From an uncultured Candidatus Saccharibacteria bacterium (GTDB lineage: Bacteria > Patescibacteriota > UBA1384 > CAYJQE01), in NCBI GenBank assembly GCA_964372245.1, contig CAYJQE010000005.1:1-35291 (forward strand): 35,291 nt of DNA, read 5' to 3'. The notes under the pieces are model-generated. The model had not been told where the DNA came from and searched no databases. It was given only the letters and a program-made list of their open reading frames with translations. Shown here one piece after another: positions 1 to 8,590 of this stretch. The stretch's first letter is position 1. Every line of letters starts with the position of its first letter. Both the position numbers and the translations under genes were made by a program.

Positions 1-131
1 ACTCCTTTTTTAAAGCGACTTTCCCTCCCGCCATTTTGAGGATGGAGTCTCCACGAGGTGTCTGAACCTAGGCTGACAGGCCGGTCGTTCGAAACACAAG
101 CGGCTTTTTGGGACGATTTCGAGACAGTCTA
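1..131 (-). promoter_or_regulatory. Putative promoter -10 box and ~120-nt structured 5' leader of a gene starting beyond the left window edge
   Basis: TAGACT (minus) at 126-131 and SD-like AAGGAGT (minus) at 1-7. Several short inverted repeats lie between them (TGGAG-T-CTCCA 43-53; TGTC...GACA 59-78). Confidence 0.35.
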
Positions 132-542
132 AAAAAGCGGCCGAGGGGCGGCGGTTTACGACTGATCTAAGGCGGTTTTCCGGTCTTTCCCCAATCGCCG
201 GTCATTCGACTAAGCCAGGGCTAAATCTCGCGACCAAAAAGCTCTCATTTTGACCCGCGATCAGATTTTGGCCTCAAGCGTTCGATCTCGCGAGAGCGCG
301 ACGTTTGGCCGGAATCGAGCGGGCTTTTTCCTTTGTTCCCAAGTTTTTCCGAGTCCAATATGTCTCTCTTTTTTTGAAGATAAACCATCCCGCGGGAAAT
401 TTTCTTGTCCGAGATTTCGGCCCAGACCTAAAGCAGTTGGCGCTAAAGCCAGTCAAGCGGACTCTCCTCATCAAGGAAAAGGGTTAAACATCACCTCGGA
501 CGGAGTCTCGGAAGCTCGAACCTCTCAAAATGAGGGAACGGG

Positions 543-1169
543 TTAGCTTTTTTGAGTCTTTTTTCCGATCTTTTTGGGTAAAATAATCCCGTCAAGAATG
601 CCATAGTCTTTCGCCTCTTGAGCCGACATATAGAAGTCCCGTTCCGTGTCCTTTTCGATCTTCTCGGTTTTTTGGCCAGTCTGAAAGGCCAGAACGCTGT
701 TGACCTGTCTTTTGACGCGCAGCATCTCCCGGGTTTGAATCTCAACATCGGTCGCCTGACCTTCAACTCCTCCCATGACTTGATGGATCAAGATTCGGCT
801 GTTCGGAAGAGCGAACCGTTTGCCTTTGGCGCCGGCCGACAGAAGAACGGCGGCGGCCGAAGCGGCTTGGCCGATACAGATCGTCGAGATATCGGGCTTG
901 ATATGTTGCATCGTGTCGTAGATGGCCAAGCCAGCCGTCACCACTCCGCCCGGACTGTTGATATAGAGGGAGATATCTTTTTCCGGATCTTCGGCCTCGA
1001 GAAAAAGGAGTTGAGCCATCACCAGGTTCGAAACCTCATCGCCGATCGGGCCGCCAATAAAGACAATTCTCTCCTTCAAGAGACGCGAAAAAATGTCGTA
1101 AGCCCGCTCGCCAAAGGCGGTCTTATCAAGGACCATCGGGACGAGCTGCTGACTAGTCAGTTTGATCAT
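543..1169 (-). CDS. clpP: ATP-dependent Clp protease proteolytic subunit
   Basis: Motifs [31 protein letters not shown] (catalytic Ser), LIHQ (His) and ERDFYMS (Asp). Start placed at ATG 1169; the ORF track extends to TTG 1181. Confidence 0.97.
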   Translation of the reverse strand: MIKLTSQQLVPMVLDKTAFGERAYDIFSRLLKERIVFIGGPIGDEVSNLVMAQLLFLEAEDPEKDISLYINSPGGVVTAGLAIYDTMQHIKPDISTICIGQAASAAAVLLSAGAKGKRFALPNSRILIHQVMGGVEGQATDVEIQTREMLRVKRQVNSVLAFQTGQKTEKIEKDTERDFYMSAQEAKDYGILDGIILPKKIGKKTQKS

Positions 1170-2403
1170 CTCTTTTCTCAAGTTTCAATTTATCAGATTT
1201 TTCGTTCCGAGTAATCCGATCAACCATGTCCGAGAGAGCCTCGGCGAAAATCGTTTGACTGTCGTCTTTAGTGATCCGACCGTCTTTGCCGGTCTCTTTC
1301 AGAAACCGGCTGACGATCAGACTTAGCTTGAGATTCCCTCTGGCCACCGGTTCCAATTCCGACCGAAATGTCGAGAGGTCTTTTTGCCGATTTTCGAGGT
1401 AAGAGAGAAGACTGCCTGAGGTCGCCTCAATTTCCGACTTAGCTCGACCAACCAGACGGTCAATCTCCCGCTTGATAAGAGTTGTCGGCAAAGGAAAATC
1501 AATCTTTTTGAGAATCGCCTCGATCGCTTCGGCTTCGGTCTTCTGACGAGCTATGATTCGCTGTTCGTTTTCCAAGTTTTCCTTGAACTTTCGACGCATT
1601 GCCAGAAGCGATTGAAAACCGAGTTTTTCAGCCAGACGATCGTCAACCTCCGGCAGATTCCGGCTTTCTATTTTTAAAAGACTGACCAAAAACTTTGCTT
1701 TCTTGCCGGCCAACCGCGTCCGATGGAAATCCGCCGGGTAGGAGACCTTAATCTCCTTTTTCTCACCGACCTTCATGCCGAGAAGACCCAGTTTGAGATC
1801 GTTAATAAGCGGCGTCTCGCCAAGAATGATAGGGTGGTTGTCACTCGTCAGATCTTGAGCCGGCTGGCCGTCAACTTCGCCGGTGAAAGAAATTTCAAGC
1901 CGATCGCCCTCGATCGCGACCGAACCGGAATCTTTATCTAAAAATGTCGCCGAGCGTTTTTGGACAACGGCGACAAGATTGTCGACCGCTTGATCGGTAA
2001 CCGGCTCGGGCGAACTCTCTTTAATCGAAAGCTCTTCCAGCGGCTTAAGATCAACTTCCGGCAAAACTTCAACTTCGAGCCGAAGAGCAATCTTGGTCGG
2101 CTTAACTTCGGAAAGGTCAACGTTCGGTTCCGAGACGGGGATGATGGCTCTTTCTCGAACCAAAAAAGAGAGGCTCTGGCCGGCTAACGTCTCGACCGCC
2201 TTCGAGATCAACTCTCCCTCGCTAATCTCCTTCCGGGCGATTGATTCAGGAATCTTGCCCTTTCGAAAACCGGGAAGAGAGAGACTCTTTGAGAAATCGC
2301 GGAAAATCCTGGCCTTGACTGTCTCAAGCTCTTCTCCCTCGACCGTCATCATCGCCGAAAGGCGCGAATCCGGCAGCTCCTCGATCTCGGAAAAAATTGG
2401 CAT
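1153..2403 (-). CDS. tig: Trigger factor
   Basis: Ribosome-binding signature [14 protein letters not shown]-like middle domain ([10 protein letters not shown]...[18 protein letters not shown]), and canonical tig-clpP order. Start placed at ATG 2403 because the ORF-track extension runs through a terminator. Confidence 0.93.
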   Translation of the reverse strand: MPIFSEIEELPDSRLSAMMTVEGEELETVKARIFRDFSKSLSLPGFRKGKIPESIARKEISEGELISKAVETLAGQSLSFLVRERAIIPVSEPNVDLSEVKPTKIALRLEVEVLPEVDLKPLEELSIKESSPEPVTDQAVDNLVAVVQKRSATFLDKDSGSVAIEGDRLEISFTGEVDGQPAQDLTSDNHPIILGETPLINDLKLGLLGMKVGEKKEIKVSYPADFHRTRLAGKKAKFLVSLLKIESRNLPEVDDRLAEKLGFQSLLAMRRKFKENLENEQRIIARQKTEAEAIEAILKKIDFPLPTTLIKREIDRLVGRAKSEIEATSGSLLSYLENRQKDLSTFRSELEPVARGNLKLSLIVSRFLKETGKDGRITKDDSQTIFAEALSDMVDRITRNEKSDKLKLEKRDDQTD

Positions 2404-2428
2404 TGCCCGCCAGTCTAGCTCTTTTTTC

Positions 2429-2478
2429 AAAAAAAACAAACCCTGAACCGGCAACTTATGTTCCGGCTCAGGGTTGTT
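2429..2478 (-). terminator. Intrinsic (Rho-independent) terminator after the GHMP kinase gene
   Basis: Long imperfect inverted repeat AACCCTGAACCGGCAAC-TTAT-GTTCCGGCTCAGGGTT followed on the minus strand by a T8 tract, a few nt after the stop codon. Confidence 0.8.
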
Positions 2479-2483
2479 GGCAT

Positions 2484-3578
2484 CTAAGTGGACTCGAATC
2501 GTTCAACGATCAGACCGCGTTGGTCGATCTCACAATCAAGGATCCGTGGCCAACTGTCTCCAGTTTCCCGGGTCCGTTGATCAGTCAACCAGGTATCAAG
2601 AAGAGATCGCAACCGCTCGGCCTGACCCTCCTCAGTCAAGACACCAACGCTCCCGCCGCCACCGGCGCCGTTAGCCAGAAAAGCCTGGGCACCACGGCTT
2701 CTGGCAAACTCTTCTAAAGAATCAATGAGAGGAGTTGAGACTTTCGGCGAGAGGTCACAGCTCGCCCGCCACGTTCGATTGATACAATCTGCGTATTTAT
2801 CGATCTCGCCTCTAGAAAAAGCTACACCCGCTTCAAGTCCCACCTGGCGAAGAAGCCCAATTGCCCTCCAGGCCTTTTCATCTCCCTGGCCGAGACGGGC
2901 TATCACATCCCGATGGATGTCATAGCTTTGGCGAGGTCCAACGAAGATGATGATCAGTCGACGAGCGATCATTTTGATCATCTCCTGGCTTATTGGCTGA
3001 TTGGCAATGAAAATTGTTCCACTCCTCGCGTGGATCAGGTTAGCGCCACCAAATGCCGCGGCAATCTGATCCTGCCAACCACAAGGCTCTTTGAGCTCCT
3101 CGGTCTCAGCTTCTCTGGCAAGTTGAGCAATCTCCTTCGGGTGGAGCTGACGCTGCTCCATAGCCGATATTGCACCAACAATCGCGACTGAAAGAGCGGC
3201 TGATCCACCCAAACCACAACCACGGGGCGCGTCAGAGTGAACTGAGAGTTTGAACGATCTAGTCGGCCGCATCCGATTAACAGCTGCTTCGATCAGCCGG
3301 ATCGGTGTTTTGTAGCTAGTATCTCCAAATTCAAACTTGCCTTCATAAGGGAGATCGGGCGCAGAAACCTCGATGAGCGGCACTTTGCGACTCAGCTTTC
3401 CGCTTGGACCAGAATTACCATCGTTAAATTGAGGTTCTAAAGTGGCGCGAGCCCTGAGCGAAAAAGCAATGTTGTGAAGAAAGGAATCGGGACTTTCCGG
3501 CGACTCACCCAGGCCATCGCCCCAGCGGCCACAATCAAATGCTCTGGTTGGCGCAGAAGCCTTAAAACTAACTGCCAT
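2484..3578 (-). CDS. GHMP-superfamily sugar kinase, HddA (heptose-7-phosphate 1-kinase)/fucokinase-like
   Basis: PRGCGLGGSAA (GHMP ATP-binding motif), GWQDQIAAAFGG and C-terminal GAGGGG. Strong SD GGAGGTG upstream. Confidence 0.85.
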   Translation of the reverse strand: MAVSFKASAPTRAFDCGRWGDGLGESPESPDSFLHNIAFSLRARATLEPQFNDGNSGPSGKLSRKVPLIEVSAPDLPYEGKFEFGDTSYKTPIRLIEAAVNRMRPTRSFKLSVHSDAPRGCGLGGSAALSVAIVGAISAMEQRQLHPKEIAQLAREAETEELKEPCGWQDQIAAAFGGANLIHARSGTIFIANQPISQEMIKMIARRLIIIFVGPRQSYDIHRDVIARLGQGDEKAWRAIGLLRQVGLEAGVAFSRGEIDKYADCINRTWRASCDLSPKVSTPLIDSLEEFARSRGAQAFLANGAGGGGSVGVLTEEGQAERLRSLLDTWLTDQRTRETGDSWPRILDCEIDQRGLIVERFEST

Positions 3579-3791
3579 TTATCCTTCACCTCCGTTTGGT
3601 AAGAATCCTCGATCAGCGGCTGCCAGTTTTGGATCAGAGGGCGTAATCCAGAGAAAGCTCCAGACCGCTCCGCCCCGATTTTCAAAAGACAGCCGTTGAC
3701 TGAGAAAGAAACGCCCCGAATCACTCGAGGTACGACACTGATCATAAACCTATCCTAGACTAGGAGGAAGATCAATTGGCAAGAGACCAAA

Positions 3792-4664
3792 CTAGGTTTG
3801 ACCAAGTGAGAGGTTTTGACTGTTCCAGCTTTCTATTGCCTCTTGATAGACCTCGAGCGTGTCAACGGCAAACCATTGATCCGAGAAAAAGTAGCCTCGA
3901 AGCTGATTCTCCCGCGCCAAGACCGGGAAAATCTCTCGCTCCATCGAGGTCGCTCCGGCCTTTACATACTTGGTCACTTCGGGGCTGAAGACCCAGATGC
4001 CGGCGTTGATCAGGTTGCTTCTTTCCTTTCCGGCCACCGGTTTTTCGACAAAGTCAACGATCCGATCTCGACTCATAACGACCACGCCGAATCGGGCCGT
4101 ATCTTTCACGCTCCGAACCGCGATCGTTCCGATCGAACCGTGATTGAGATGAAATCGAGCCAGATCGGAAAAGTTTATATCGGCCAGAACGTCGCCAGCC
4201 AACATAAAGAAGGCTTGATCGAGTTTAGTCCTCAATGGTCGGAGCGAGCCAGCCGTGCCAAGGGGCTTTCTCTCTTCGAAATACTCAATCTTGATCCCAA
4301 ACCGCGAGCCATTGCCCAGAACGGCTTTGACTCTTTCACCAAGGTGGCTGACGGCAACGATAAACTCCTCCACTCCCGAACGGCGAAGGGCCTCAATTTG
4401 ATGCTCGATTATCGGCTTGCCCTGAATCGGCATCAAGGGTTTCGGCAACTCTAAAGTCATCGGCCGGAGCCGCCTTCCTTGACCGCCGGCCAAGATTAAA
4501 GCCTTCTTTACTTGATTCAAGCCAAGACCGACCTCGATTGCCCGCTCAAAAGCCTGTGAGCGATTTCGGATAGTCCGACCATCTATCTGCCGATCGAGTT
4601 CGAAAAGCAGATCCGGCCGGACCGAAATCGAAACTTTGGCTCTGGTTCTCTTGTCTGACCTCAT
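3792..4664 (-). CDS. N-terminal ribbon-helix-helix domain fused to an NDP-sugar pyrophosphorylase (NTP_transferase; mannose-1-P guanylyltransferase/HddC-like)
   Basis: Transferase motifs ILAGGQGRRLRP, PKPL, EERKPLGTAG, GD, FVEKP and INAGIW. The N-terminal KVSISV-RPDLLFELDRQ...NRSQAFERAI fits an RHH strand-helix-helix pattern. Start placed at ATG 4664. Confidence 0.85.
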   Translation of the reverse strand: MRSDKRTRAKVSISVRPDLLFELDRQIDGRTIRNRSQAFERAIEVGLGLNQVKKALILAGGQGRRLRPMTLELPKPLMPIQGKPIIEHQIEALRRSGVEEFIVAVSHLGERVKAVLGNGSRFGIKIEYFEERKPLGTAGSLRPLRTKLDQAFFMLAGDVLADINFSDLARFHLNHGSIGTIAVRSVKDTARFGVVVMSRDRIVDFVEKPVAGKERSNLINAGIWVFSPEVTKYVKAGATSMEREIFPVLARENQLRGYFFSDQWFAVDTLEVYQEAIESWNSQNLSLGQT

Positions 4665-4667
4665 AAT

Positions 4668-4695
4668 TTGACAAAAAAGTAGGAAAAAGTAGGAT
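4668..4695 (+). promoter_or_regulatory. Candidate sigma70 promoter overlapped by a tandem direct repeat (possible operator)
   Basis: TTGACA (4668-4673), 16 nt spacer, TAGGAT (4690-4695). AAAAGTAGGA occurs twice, at 4675-4684 and 4685-4694. Confidence 0.45.
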
Positions 4696-4786
4696 AAAGA
4701 CATCCTTCAGTCAGCTTTCCGTCTCTAAACCAGATCAACCTGACTTAAGGCTAGATGATATTTTGAAATTTAGCGAGGTGATTTCG

Positions 4787-5287
4787 GTGTCGAAGGTCTC
4801 GAAAAATAACAATGGCTTAACGATTCAAGGCGTTTTGCTCTTAACGCCGAAGGTCGTGGAAGACCAACGAGGCAAGCTGACTCAGTTTCTCGGTCCGGCT
4901 GACGGCAATTTTCCGGCCGATTACGAGGTCGAGTTCGTATTGCCCCTTGTTGTCCGGGGCAATCATCTCCACCCCGAAGAAACCAAGGTTGAGATAATGA
5001 GAGCATCTTACGGCCGGGTGGCCGTTGTGCTTCTCGATCAACGGAAAAAATCGCCGACCTTTGGCCAGTCGGCTGTGGTTGTCATTTCAGCGAGCGACCG
5101 GATGATCAGGGTTCCGACCGGCGTTGCCCATGCCCTCTTCAATCTGACACAGAGAGCCAGTGTCCATGTCAGAGCGACCGAGCACCATGTTAGCGGCCAC
5201 GACATAGCTTTTCCGGTCGTTCCGACTAAGGGCTACTTCCTTGACAAGAAGCAGTATGTGGAAAAATATGGCCCTCTGCCGAAATGA
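4787..5287 (+). CDS. Sugar-nucleotide cupin (RmlC 3,5-epimerase / FdtA-WxcM 3,4-ketoisomerase-like)
   Basis: IQGVLLLTPKVVEDQRG, VRGNHLH, DQRKKSPTFGQ and VPTGVAHA motifs. Start placed at GTG 4787 after SD GAGGTG; the ORF track starts at 4763. Confidence 0.8.
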   Translation: MSKVSKNNNGLTIQGVLLLTPKVVEDQRGKLTQFLGPADGNFPADYEVEFVLPLVVRGNHLHPEETKVEIMRASYGRVAVVLLDQRKKSPTFGQSAVVVISASDRMIRVPTGVAHALFNLTQRASVHVRATEHHVSGHDIAFPVVPTKGYFLDKKQYVEKYGPLPK

Positions 5288-5308
5288 AAGCCGGAAAATG
5301 ACGGTTCA

Positions 5309-5334
5309 ACCGGCCTCCGATCTTGGGGGCCGGT
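5309..5334. terminator. Hairpin between convergent cupin and pfkB genes
   Basis: ACCGGCCTCCG-ATCT-TGGGGGCCGGT forms an 11-bp stem with G-U pairs on the plus strand. No strong U tract. Confidence 0.5.
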
Positions 5335-5337
5335 AGG

Positions 5338-6375
5338 CTATTTTACCGGCTCCGATCGGATCGAAAAATGATGACGGTTTTCCGACCGCCGCTCAATCTC
5401 CTTTCGAGTCAAGAGGCCGTCTATCGGGCCGATCTCTTGAATGACCGAGGCCGAGTTGATCGAGCCCCAGGTAATCGCCTCCTTAATCACGACATCGGAA
5501 AATCGCTGATGATCGAGATTGAGATAATCAATCAAAAACCGGCCTAAAAATCCGGCCGCAAAGCTGTCACCGGCGCCGGTCGGCTCAATCCGCTCGCCGG
5601 GATAGACCGAGGCTTCAAAAAAATGATCGCCGTCAAAAGCCTTTGAGCCTTCTTGGCCTTCGGTCACAACCACGACTCGCGGCCCGAATCTGGCCAGTTC
5701 GGTCATCAAATCCAAAGTCTTCGTCATCATGGGCAACTCGGTTAATTCGATCGCTTCCTCCCGATTAACAAAGAGCACGTCGGTCAGCGAAAGAATGTCT
5801 TTTAAGCCGGCGGCTTTGACTTTCAGTTGAGGAATGCCGGGATTAAGGGCGAGATGGACATCTTGCTCGGCGGCGTTGGCGATCACCTTCCGATAGACCG
5901 ACTGCCAGTCGCCGGCGACCGAGGAGAGATATATCCAACGAGCGATTGGTTTTTTTGGCAGCTTTTTGGCCTGCTTATCAAAATCGACGCTCCCATGATA
6001 AGAGATAATCGTCCGTTCTTGGTCATAGACCAGTAAGACCGAGAAGGCGCTTTCGGCCCTTTTATCAAAATAGACATAGTTTGTAAAAACCCCTTCCTCT
6101 TTCAAGGTTTTGAGAATATCCCGACCGACCTGATCGCCGCCCAGAAAAACCGAGGTTCCCGTTTTAAAACCAAGTCGGGAAAGGGCGATCGCGACATTGG
6201 CCGCATTGCCTCCAACTTTTTTGACCGCTTTGCTGGCCGAGAGCTTCGTCCCGTGAACAAAACAGAGCTCGGGAAAAGGGTGAGTCGAATTGGGAGCCAG
6301 GACTTCGGCTTCATCGGGAAAAAGAAAGATATCCTCGGTCGCGTTGCCAATCGAGATCGCCTCCAAATCAATCAT
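5338..6375 (-). CDS. PfkB/ribokinase-family carbohydrate kinase
   Basis: GGNAANVAIALSRLG, FVNREEA, VVVTEGQEG and EPTGAGDSFAAGF signatures. ATGA overlap with fba. Confidence 0.92.
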   Translation of the reverse strand: MIDLEAISIGNATEDIFLFPDEAEVLAPNSTHPFPELCFVHGTKLSASKAVKKVGGNAANVAIALSRLGFKTGTSVFLGGDQVGRDILKTLKEEGVFTNYVYFDKRAESAFSVLLVYDQERTIISYHGSVDFDKQAKKLPKKPIARWIYLSSVAGDWQSVYRKVIANAAEQDVHLALNPGIPQLKVKAAGLKDILSLTDVLFVNREEAIELTELPMMTKTLDLMTELARFGPRVVVVTEGQEGSKAFDGDHFFEASVYPGERIEPTGAGDSFAAGFLGRFLIDYLNLDHQRFSDVVIKEAITWGSINSASVIQEIGPIDGLLTRKEIERRSENRHHFSIRSEPVK

Positions 6376-7214
6376 TTCGCCTTCCCGGCCGAGCCAAAAA
6401 GTTTCATCTTTCCCGCCACGACCGCGGCTACCGCCTCTTTGGCCTCGCCAAGATAGACCCTTGGGTCATAGATGGTCGAATCGGCCAGCCTTTCTCGGAC
6501 GGCTTTGGTGAAAGCCTGTCGAAGCTCGGTGTCAATGTTGACTTTGGCAATGCCGAGCTTGATGGCCAGCTTGATATCGTCATCCGAGATGTTTGAGGCG
6601 CCGTGAAGGACAAGGGGAACTTTGACCACCTGGCCGATCTGGTAAAGCAGTCGAAAATCGATCGCCTCGTTTTTGACCGGCAAGCCGTGGGCCGTGCCAA
6701 GCGCCGGCGCGAGCGAATCAACCTCGGTCTCCTCGACAAACATCCTGGCCTCTTCAACGGTCGCGAGTCTGACCTTACCGGAAACAAAATCCTCCCGGCC
6801 GCCAATCCGGCCAATCTCGGCCTCGACGCTAACCGAACTCTTTTTGGCAAAGTTGACGACTTTTCGGGTCCCGGCAATGTTTTCCTTTAAACTTAAGCTC
6901 GATCCGTCGTACATGACCGAGGTAAAGCCAGCCTTGATCGCTTCCAAGCAAAGTCCAACTTCAGTCGAGTGATCAAGATGTAAAACAACTGGCACCCGAA
7001 CTCGATTGGCGATTGTCTCGACGATCTTCGAAATCTCGGCCAACCCGCCATACTCAATCGCCTTTTCACTCACCGAAACGATGACCGACGACCAATTTGC
7101 TTCGGCCGTCTCGATGATCGCCAAACTGACCTCGAGATCCGAGGTGTTAAAGGCGCCCAAGGCGAAGCCTTCTCTTGAGGCCTCGGCTAAAATTTCCTTC
7201 GAGTTGACAAGCAA
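6372..7214 (-). CDS. fba: Class II fructose-bisphosphate (ketose-bisphosphate) aldolase
   Basis: Motifs GAFN, LHLDH, GFTSVMYDGS, VEAEIG, GTAHG, LVLHGAS, KVNIDTELR and YDPR. SD GGAGG precedes the TTG start. Confidence 0.95.
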   Translation of the reverse strand: MLVNSKEILAEASREGFALGAFNTSDLEVSLAIIETAEANWSSVIVSVSEKAIEYGGLAEISKIVETIANRVRVPVVLHLDHSTEVGLCLEAIKAGFTSVMYDGSSLSLKENIAGTRKVVNFAKKSSVSVEAEIGRIGGREDFVSGKVRLATVEEARMFVEETEVDSLAPALGTAHGLPVKNEAIDFRLLYQIGQVVKVPLVLHGASNISDDDIKLAIKLGIAKVNIDTELRQAFTKAVRERLADSTIYDPRVYLGEAKEAVAAVVAGKMKLFGSAGKAK

Positions 7215-7229
7215 AAAACCTCCGATGAT

Positions 7230-7523
7230 CTAAAAAATGATTGTTGATCGCTCGCTTAATTCTGCCACATCCAAGAACTTTTCGCTTCCGCTTTCAAGCC
7301 CCGCCAATTTCCGGCCAAAGACAACCGCCAAGTTCTTGATTTCAAAATCGCCGATTGATAGCTGGTTTTTCTTGGTCGGTATTTTCCAGTCGGCTAAAGT
7401 TCGAGTCGAGAGCCGGCCAGCTAGAGATTGCGAGATTTCTATTCTTTGTTATCCTCGACCAAAAAGACCGACTTTTATTGACCGTCGGCTCGAAAAAGAC
7501 TCTCGTCGTTCACTCACCTTCAT
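7230..7523 (-). pseudogene. Possible interrupted 97-codon ORF between pgk and fba
   Basis: ATG overlaps the pgk TGA (ATGA). The frame is open to TAG at 7230-7232 except for one TAA at 7449-7451. No recognisable family. Confidence 0.25.
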
Positions 7524-8584
7524 TTGAACAGCCTTTCGTTTTCCTCGAGAGCCAAGAGGCCTGGCAGAGCTTGGCCGGCCAGAAATTCAAGGGTTGCCCC
7601 GCCGCCGGTTGAGACAAAACTCATCTTCTCAAGCAAACCGAACTGATCAAGGGCGGTAATCGTGTCGCCGCCGCCAATTACCGAAAAGCTCCCGGAATTA
7701 ACGACCGCCTCGGCGATTTTTTGAGTCCCCAAGCGATAACGAGGATTCTCATAAACTCCAAGCGGCCCGCTCCAAAATACCGTCTCGGCGTTTTTGATGA
7801 TCTCCTCAAAGCGGCTAAGCGCGCGACCGCCAATATCGAGCGGCCGACCGGTCTGGCCAGGCCCGTCTCTAGCGATGATGACCTTTCTGTCATTCAGAAA
7901 AAGCGAGCGCTTGATGACCTCATTGGCGGCCGCCCCGCCAATCAGTATTCGGTCGGCCATCTCCTCGAGCGACTCGATCACCGGCACCTTGTCGGCAACC
8001 TTCGCTCCGCCGATAATAACGATAAACGGCCGCTTTGGCCGGTTAAGCAACTTGGTCAGCATCTCCGACTCTTTCAAGAAAAGATAACCGGCGGCGGCCG
8101 GCATCAGCTCCGGCAGTCGAACGATCGAGGCAACCGTTCGATGGGACTGGGCAAAAGCGTCGGTCACGAAAAAATCGCCTAGTTCGGCAAGTTTTTTTGC
8201 CAGCTCAATATCATTTCGATCCTCGCCCGGCCAAAAACGACTGTTCTCGAGGAGAACAATCTGATCGTCGAGATGATAGCTTGAAGGCAAGGGATCGTTT
8301 TTGACTACCAGTTCCGACTCGATTGAGAGCAGCTCTTTGAGCTTGGCGGCAACCGGCTTCAAGCGGAGAGCCTCGACAACCTGGCCAGCTGGCCGGCCAA
8401 GATAACTGATAATGAAAATTTTTTTGGCTCTCCGCCTCAAGACCTCGAGAGTCGGCAAAATAGCCCTGATTCGATAGGATTCGAGAACAACCAGCTCGCC
8501 CTCGCGTTCGGCCAAGCCGACATCGAGAGCGGCTCGATAGACGACCGAAGTCTGATCGAGCGGCAATTCCTCGAAACTTCTCAC
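7520..8584 (-). CDS. pgk: Phosphoglycerate kinase (short, divergent)
   Basis: Motifs LGRP, LLENSRF, DAFAQSHR, IGGAKVADK, WSGPLGVYE, GGGDT and VSTGGGATLEFL. Confidence 0.93.
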   Translation of the reverse strand: MRSFEELPLDQTSVVYRAALDVGLAEREGELVVLESYRIRAILPTLEVLRRRAKKIFIISYLGRPAGQVVEALRLKPVAAKLKELLSIESELVVKNDPLPSSYHLDDQIVLLENSRFWPGEDRNDIELAKKLAELGDFFVTDAFAQSHRTVASIVRLPELMPAAAGYLFLKESEMLTKLLNRPKRPFIVIIGGAKVADKVPVIESLEEMADRILIGGAAANEVIKRSLFLNDRKVIIARDGPGQTGRPLDIGGRALSRFEEIIKNAETVFWSGPLGVYENPRYRLGTQKIAEAVVNSGSFSVIGGGDTITALDQFGLLEKMSFVSTGGGATLEFLAGQALPGLLALEENERLFK

Positions 8585-8590
8585 AAGCCG

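Noticed and set aside
38..84. Resemblance to a fluoride (crcB) riboswitch on the plus strand (GATGGAGT...AACC...GCTGA)
   Set aside because: The downstream GACTCC pseudoknot partner is missing and no credible plus-strand gene follows.
3437..3745. 102-aa minus-strand ORF upstream of the GHMP kinase
   Set aside because: It overlaps the kinase start and its SD in another frame and has no motif.
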